Assembly: GCA_963678315.1 (NCBI GenBank)
Contig: OY782781.1
Span: 256,001 to 320,000 of the forward strand
Direction of reading: 5' to 3'
Length of the DNA: 64,000 nt
Origin: Candidatus Cloacimonadales bacterium
GTDB lineage: Bacteria > Cloacimonadota > Cloacimonadia > Cloacimonadales > JAFGVF01
Below, piece after piece: positions 59,091 to 64,000 of this stretch. Made by a program: the position numbers and the translations under genes. Position 1 is the stretch's first letter. Each line of letters begins with the position of its first letter. Under the pieces are notes generated by a model. The model was not told where the DNA came from and did not search any database. It was given only the letters and a program-made list of their open reading frames with translations.

Positions 59091-59543
59091 TTATCCTCTC
59101 TTTCTCGCTTCAAAAACTATTGCTTCAACTCTGTTGTTTTTAAGATCTGTTAAAAGAGTATTAACAGTATCAAAATCAACATCTGCATCTATACGCAAGC
59201 TTACAAGCCAATTTCTGTCTGGATCTTGTTCCATTCTACTTCTGATTTGCTTACCTAGACTTTGACTAAATGCTTCATTGTTTTTCTTTTCAACTAACTC
59301 ATTTACATAAATGTCATCTAAGTAATAATCAAAATTAGCTCCACCATTACCACTTCCAACATATACTGTTAATATGTTACTCTGTAATTGTCGTTCAATC
59401 TCACGAGCATTTGGGTACTTAGTCTGTACCGGTATATAAATAATCTGAGTAGTAACAACAAAGAAAAGTAATAATAAGAAAGCAATATCTGAAGATGATG
59501 ATGTATCTGCAGCCGGCATTGACTTCTTTCGTAATAACTTCAT
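59091..59543 (-). CDS. exbD: ExbD/TolR-family protein
   Basis: SSSDIAFLLLLFFVV TM with conserved Asp; LRIDADV. Confidence 0.85.
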   Translation of the reverse strand: MKLLRKKSMPAADTSSSSDIAFLLLLFFVVTTQIIYIPVQTKYPNAREIERQLQSNILTVYVGSGNGGANFDYYLDDIYVNELVEKKNNEAFSQSLGKQIRSRMEQDPDRNWLVSLRIDADVDFDTVNTLLTDLKNNRVEAIVFEARKRG

Positions 59544-59552
59544 AATCTTCTC

Positions 59553-60038
59553 CTATTTGTTTAGATATTGACGTTCAAAAGAAACTTTTTTTGCCATTTT
59601 ATTTGCTCTAAGTCCATCCATAACTTCGATGAACTTACCATACTCAACATCTCTATCAATAATTAACTTGATAACACAATCAGGGTTCTTTTCAACTTTG
59701 TCTTTGATCATTTGCTTACCTAAATCGTTTAAAGCGAATTTAACACCATCAGCTTTCACATTTGAACCATCAACATAAAGAAAGTACTCTAAATTGATAT
59801 TCTTTGAACCTGCTTGATTCCACACCTCAATCTCTATGAGATTATTGGTGTCAATCGTAGTAGTCTTATCATCCTTCTTCTCTTCATTATTAGCAGCAGG
59901 AGGAAGGTAATAAGGAATACCTTGCTTGTTATCAAATTTACCAACAGCCATAAAGAACACGATTAGCAAGAAAGCTATATCGGACATTGAAGCAGTTGGG
60001 ATAGCAACACTCTTTTTCTTTTTAGCGGGAAACTTCAT
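59553..60038 (-). CDS. exbD: ExbD/TolR-family protein
   Basis: SMSDIAFLLIVFFM; IIDRDVEYG. Confidence 0.85.
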   Translation of the reverse strand: MKFPAKKKKSVAIPTASMSDIAFLLIVFFMAVGKFDNKQGIPYYLPPAANNEEKKDDKTTTIDTNNLIEIEVWNQAGSKNINLEYFLYVDGSNVKADGVKFALNDLGKQMIKDKVEKNPDCVIKLIIDRDVEYGKFIEVMDGLRANKMAKKVSFERQYLNK

Positions 60039-60050
60039 TTCTTCCCTACC

Positions 60051-60800
60051 TTACTTTTCGTTTAAAGTATCAATTACCTTTTCAGATGCTTTTTGCATAT
60101 CAACAACAATACCATCTACCATAGACATAAAGATATTGTTAGCAAATTGAACTGGGATAGCAATAATAAGACCTGCAGCAGATGTGATAAGCGCAATTTT
60201 AATACCACCAGCAACAACACCAGCATCAACAACTTCAGTGTTTTGAATATCATCAAAAGCTGTAATCATACCTAATAGAGTTCCTAAGAAACCCATCATA
60301 GGAGCAAGTGTAATTGTTGTTGATAATTCATTGAATCCACGATCAAGGAAAGACATTTCAATAACTGCTGCACTTTCCATTGCCTTTTCCATCGCTTCAA
60401 CACCAAATTCACTCTTTGATAAACCAGCTCTAACTAAATTAGCTACAGGACCTTTTTTACCTTCAACTAATTCTAAAGCACCTTTGAAATCATTTTCTTT
60501 TATTTTAGGTAATACATTTTCTAAGAATTTATCTACATTTATTTTACCTTTTACTAATACTAAAAGTTTCCATATAGCAATACCAATACCCCAGATTAAT
60601 AATACAAGCAATGGCCACATAGCCCATCCACCATCATTAAACTGTTGTACTAAGTTCTTTCCAAATAAAGTTGTTGCTAAAGTTTCAATTGCACTGCCAC
60701 CTTCTTGGTCAACTGCAACTTCTTGAGCACACAACGCTGTAGTAAACACGAAACTTCCAATTAAAGTTATTAGTAAAAGTAGTGAAATCTTTTTATTCAT
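60051..60800 (-). CDS. exbB: ExbB/TolQ/MotA proton-channel protein
   Basis: GGWAMWPL, APMMGFLGTLLGMITAF, GIKIALITSAAGLIIAIP. Confidence 0.9.
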   Translation of the reverse strand: MNKKISLLLLITLIGSFVFTTALCAQEVAVDQEGGSAIETLATTLFGKNLVQQFNDGGWAMWPLLVLLIWGIGIAIWKLLVLVKGKINVDKFLENVLPKIKENDFKGALELVEGKKGPVANLVRAGLSKSEFGVEAMEKAMESAAVIEMSFLDRGFNELSTTITLAPMMGFLGTLLGMITAFDDIQNTEVVDAGVVAGGIKIALITSAAGLIIAIPVQFANNIFMSMVDGIVVDMQKASEKVIDTLNEK

Positions 60801-60837
60801 CCTTTTATTCCTCCAATATTATATTATATTATTTTTT

Positions 60838-63800
60838 TTAGAAATTATATGAAACACCAAGTGTGATGGTTCTATCTTGAGAAACTCTACCTGGGTCACG
60901 AGTGTATTGATCTTGAGCAAATAATATCTCAGGGATATCATAACCATTCACAGAATAGTCTTCACCAGTATCATATGGATCACCTGTTTTAGCATAAACA
61001 TTATTAATGTTTCTGTTTTTAAATAGATTATCAACATCAAGATAAACTCTAACTAAACTCTTTTGTCCAAATCTAAAGTTTTTAGTAATCTTTAAACTTG
61101 TGTTTTGAGTAGCATCTTTTCTTTCACTATTAGTATCTAAATAACTATCAGTGATAGGATCTTGTGGTGTATAAGGTTCACCAGAAGCGTAGCTATATGT
61201 TAAACTTGTAGAAAAATCATCAATAGGAAGGATGTAGTTTGTAAATGGTACAAAGAATTCCTCACCCTTGTCAATTTTGAACAAGAAGTTAGCACTTAAG
61301 TTATTTCTGATATCCCAGTCTAGAGGGAATTCACGTAGATTAGTGTTTTCATCTTGAATTACAACAGAAGAGTTGTTACCTTCAGCCCATGCAAATGAGT
61401 AAGATAAACCTGCTGACCAGAAGTTTGAAAGTACTTTTTGTAATGATAAATCAACACCTCTGCCTGAAGCATAGTCTTCAGAGATATATTCATACCAGAA
61501 AACTTGTTGTTCATCTGGATCATTAACTTTTCTAGTACTTGGGTAATTGTAATAGTTTTTATAGTAAACTGAGATATCTGCAACCCAGTCTTCATTGATT
61601 AAATGTTGTAGACCAACTTCGTAAGTAATTGTAACTTGAGGGTCAAGTTCAGCATTACCAACTTGGATAGTTTGGTCGGCAGTTTGAGCATCTTCAGGAG
61701 TTTTTGAAGTGAAGATGTATCTCATTGGAGGTAATTGGTTTTGATAATTGTAAGCAAAACGTAAAGCATCTCTTTCTGAGATAGGGTGAGATATACCAAC
61801 ACGAGGTGAAACCATCATTTGGAATTTATCACTACCATCAAATGAGAAAGTTCTGTAAGTACCGTCATCTTGAAGAACATCATAATCTTCACCAATATAC
61901 CAGAAGTCAAAACGTAAACCAGCAGTCACAATAAGAGCTTCCCATTCCATTTGGTCTTGAAGATAGTAAGCACCTTGAATAGGATCAGCTTTGTAACCAT
62001 CTCTTGTACCTGATGAAGCTTTTGCAGCTGCATAATAAGTTTCAGGAGAATATACTATTAAGTATTGACCTTCTTCAGCACCTGCTTCAATAGCAATAAC
62101 ATTTTCATTTTCACTTACTATTTGAGCTATCTCTTCTTCGGTTGCATTTGCAGGAATGTCAGAATCACTAAATACATTATTTAAATAATCAGTTCTTCTA
62201 TCATTATAAATGTTATTAAAGCTAAGTAACTGGTTTTTTTCAATGTTATACTTAATAAATTCAAAACCTGTTTTAGCTGTATTATTTTGATTGATAGCCC
62301 ATTCTACATCACCTCTAAGGTTAATAGAGCTTGTTTTATCATCAATAAAGTTACCATAAATTGAACCTGGAGCTACATAACCAGGGATTAATTCTTGACC
62401 ATTCTCAGTTTGATATAACCAGTCAGCTGAATCATAGAAATTTGTGTTATAATCGAAAACACCATCATGGTTTGCATCAATTGATACATAAGCAGGATGA
62501 TCATAGAACATCATATCATAGTTAAAGATATCTGTAACATATTGATTAACAGAAGCACTGTCAGCTGTAACTTCACTAGTTGTTGTGTTAAGTCTTAAGA
62601 AATTATCTCTAGTGATTCCTTTAGGACCCTGATAACTATCTTTTACAAAATATGAAGCTTTAAGTTTGAGGTTAGCAGCCTTAGAAATGTTTTGGTCAAA
62701 AGTTAAAACATATTGTTTTTGTTCAGTTTCAGCCTCTACGTAATAGTCTAAAGCATATTTCCATGCCCAAGCGAAAAATTCATTAACTGATCTGTCACCA
62801 CGAACAGCAAAAGTTAAGTTTGAGTTGTTATTAATTTTATAACGAGTTTTAAAGTTAAGGTTATAACTATTATAGTGACGTTCACCTACGTCGATACCAA
62901 TAAGGTCATCTCTATCACCATAAGTATCATAGGCATTGTAGTTTTTAAATATTAATGAAACTCCGTCATAGAAGAAATCTTCATTAGGATCAGATTCCCA
63001 GTAATCTTTATAGAAACCGTCTGACCATGAACCAGCACCATTAATAAAGAAAGTAAAGTTTTCATTTAATCCTTTAGAAGCACCTAATCCTCCTAAAACA
63101 GGTCCACCAAAGGCGAATTTAACAACATCATTGTTGTTGCCTTCTATAAACATGTGGTCTGATTTAGCTTCAACTTTACCACTATATTCTGCTGAGCCTG
63201 ATTTAGTAACGATATTAACCATACCAGATTGAGCATTACCAAATTCAGCAGTTAATGCACCAGTATAAACTTTCATATCTGCAATAGCATCAGTGTCAAC
63301 TTCAAGTGCAGAACCACCATCAACAGGGTCAGAAACTGACATACCATCAACAGTCATATTAACTTCATTTGCACGACTACCCCTAACACGAATTTCACCA
63401 CCAGAGCTTGTAACACCTGGTTGTAAGGCAAGAATATCATCAACGCTATCAACAGAAAGGTCTTCCATATCTCCTACTTCCACAGTTGATGAAGTTCCGA
63501 CTCTGTCATTTTGGATTTTGTCCTTTTTAGCAGTAAATTTAACTGCCTCAAGGGTGTTATCTCCAGGTTGTATTCTAGCATCTTGTTTTGTAGTTTGCAT
63601 TACATTAATCTCAATGCCTTCATACACAACCTTTTTATATCCGACTAATGACACTTCTAGGTCGTAAACACCAGGTGTAATATTAATAATTATATATTCA
63701 CCATCTTCATCAGTTTGAATACCGAATGGGGTAGGACTCCCATCACTGTATAAAACTACGTTCGCTAACGGTACAGGTTGTCCGTTATTATCTTTAACTT

Positions 63801-63888
63801 GTCCCTTTAATACACCAGTTGTCTGGGCATATAATTGGACACTAAAAAGCACTAAAATGACAGAAATGAGTATAGCTGTCTTACGCAT
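60838..63888 (-). CDS. TonB-dependent outer-membrane receptor with N-terminal carboxypeptidase-regulatory-like domain
   Basis: Signal peptide, QTTGVLKG, plug LQPGV...VRGSR.NE...VDG, AEFGNAQSG.VNIVTKSG, C-terminal GVSYNF. Confidence 0.92.
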   Translation of the reverse strand: MRKTAILISVILVLFSVQLYAQTTGVLKGQVKDNNGQPVPLANVVLYSDGSPTPFGIQTDEDGEYIIINITPGVYDLEVSLVGYKKVVYEGIEINVMQTTKQDARIQPGDNTLEAVKFTAKKDKIQNDRVGTSSTVEVGDMEDLSVDSVDDILALQPGVTSSGGEIRVRGSRANEVNMTVDGMSVSDPVDGGSALEVDTDAIADMKVYTGALTAEFGNAQSGMVNIVTKSGSAEYSGKVEAKSDHMFIEGNNNDVVKFAFGGPVLGGLGASKGLNENFTFFINGAGSWSDGFYKDYWESDPNEDFFYDGVSLIFKNYNAYDTYGDRDDLIGIDVGERHYNSYNLNFKTRYKINNNSNLTFAVRGDRSVNEFFAWAWKYALDYYVEAETEQKQYVLTFDQNISKAANLKLKASYFVKDSYQGPKGITRDNFLRLNTTTSEVTADSASVNQYVTDIFNYDMMFYDHPAYVSIDANHDGVFDYNTNFYDSADWLYQTENGQELIPGYVAPGSIYGNFIDDKTSSINLRGDVEWAINQNNTAKTGFEFIKYNIEKNQLLSFNNIYNDRRTDYLNNVFSDSDIPANATEEEIAQIVSENENVIAIEAGAEEGQYLIVYSPETYYAAAKASSGTRDGYKADPIQGAYYLQDQMEWEALIVTAGLRFDFWYIGEDYDVLQDDGTYRTFSFDGSDKFQMMVSPRVGISHPISERDALRFAYNYQNQLPPMRYIFTSKTPEDAQTADQTIQVGNAELDPQVTITYEVGLQHLINEDWVADISVYYKNYYNYPSTRKVNDPDEQQVFWYEYISEDYASGRGVDLSLQKVLSNFWSAGLSYSFAWAEGNNSSVVIQDENTNLREFPLDWDIRNNLSANFLFKIDKGEEFFVPFTNYILPIDDFSTSLTYSYASGEPYTPQDPITDSYLDTNSERKDATQNTSLKITKNFRFGQKSLVRVYLDVDNLFKNRNINNVYAKTGDPYDTGEDYSVNGYDIPEILFAQDQYTRDPGRVSQDRTITLGVSYNF

Positions 63889-64000
63889 TTAGTTATCCTC
63901 CCTTTTTATATCACAATAAATAACTATTTTTATATTACGTATAAAAGAACATAATTCTATTCATACTATTTTAACAAAAAGATTATAATATCATAATGAT

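Noticed and set aside
1..64000. rRNA/tRNA genes, prophage, recoding (selenocysteine or frameshift)
   Set aside because: None recognised; the main ORFs appear full-length without in-frame stops or split domains

Overview
AT-rich (roughly one-third GC by eye) bacterial chromosome window. It is most consistent with an FCB-group anaerobe such as Cloacimonadota; this is an inference from FlgD-type 'YPNPFNPETTI...KMILMK' secretion CTDs, PorV-like barrels, tandem phosphate acyltransferases and TTGACA promoters. Housekeeping content: leuS-tdk-yggT-divIVA-pnp-dksA-lspA, metK, rpiB-glyA, transporters and a hybrid kinase. Mobile DNA: an IS21 with an 8-bp target duplication, an IS1182-family element inserted into a REP hairpin with a 22-bp duplication, and clusters of REP/REPIN-like palindromes. 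There are six large secreted CTD proteins, including two tandem gingipain-adhesin-like paralogues, and a TonB-dependent receptor/ExbB/ExbD2/TonB/cargo/PorV/cargo locus. Non-coding highlights: back-to-back SAM-II-like (metK) and cobalamin riboswitches, the latter controlling a secreted multi-repeat candidate B12-binding protein; a candidate sigma54-dependent ~140-nt sRNA with anti-SD-like loops; and a second sRNA candidate after glyA. No rRNA, tRNA or CRISPR array was seen. All family assignments are by-eye motif recognition, not database searches.
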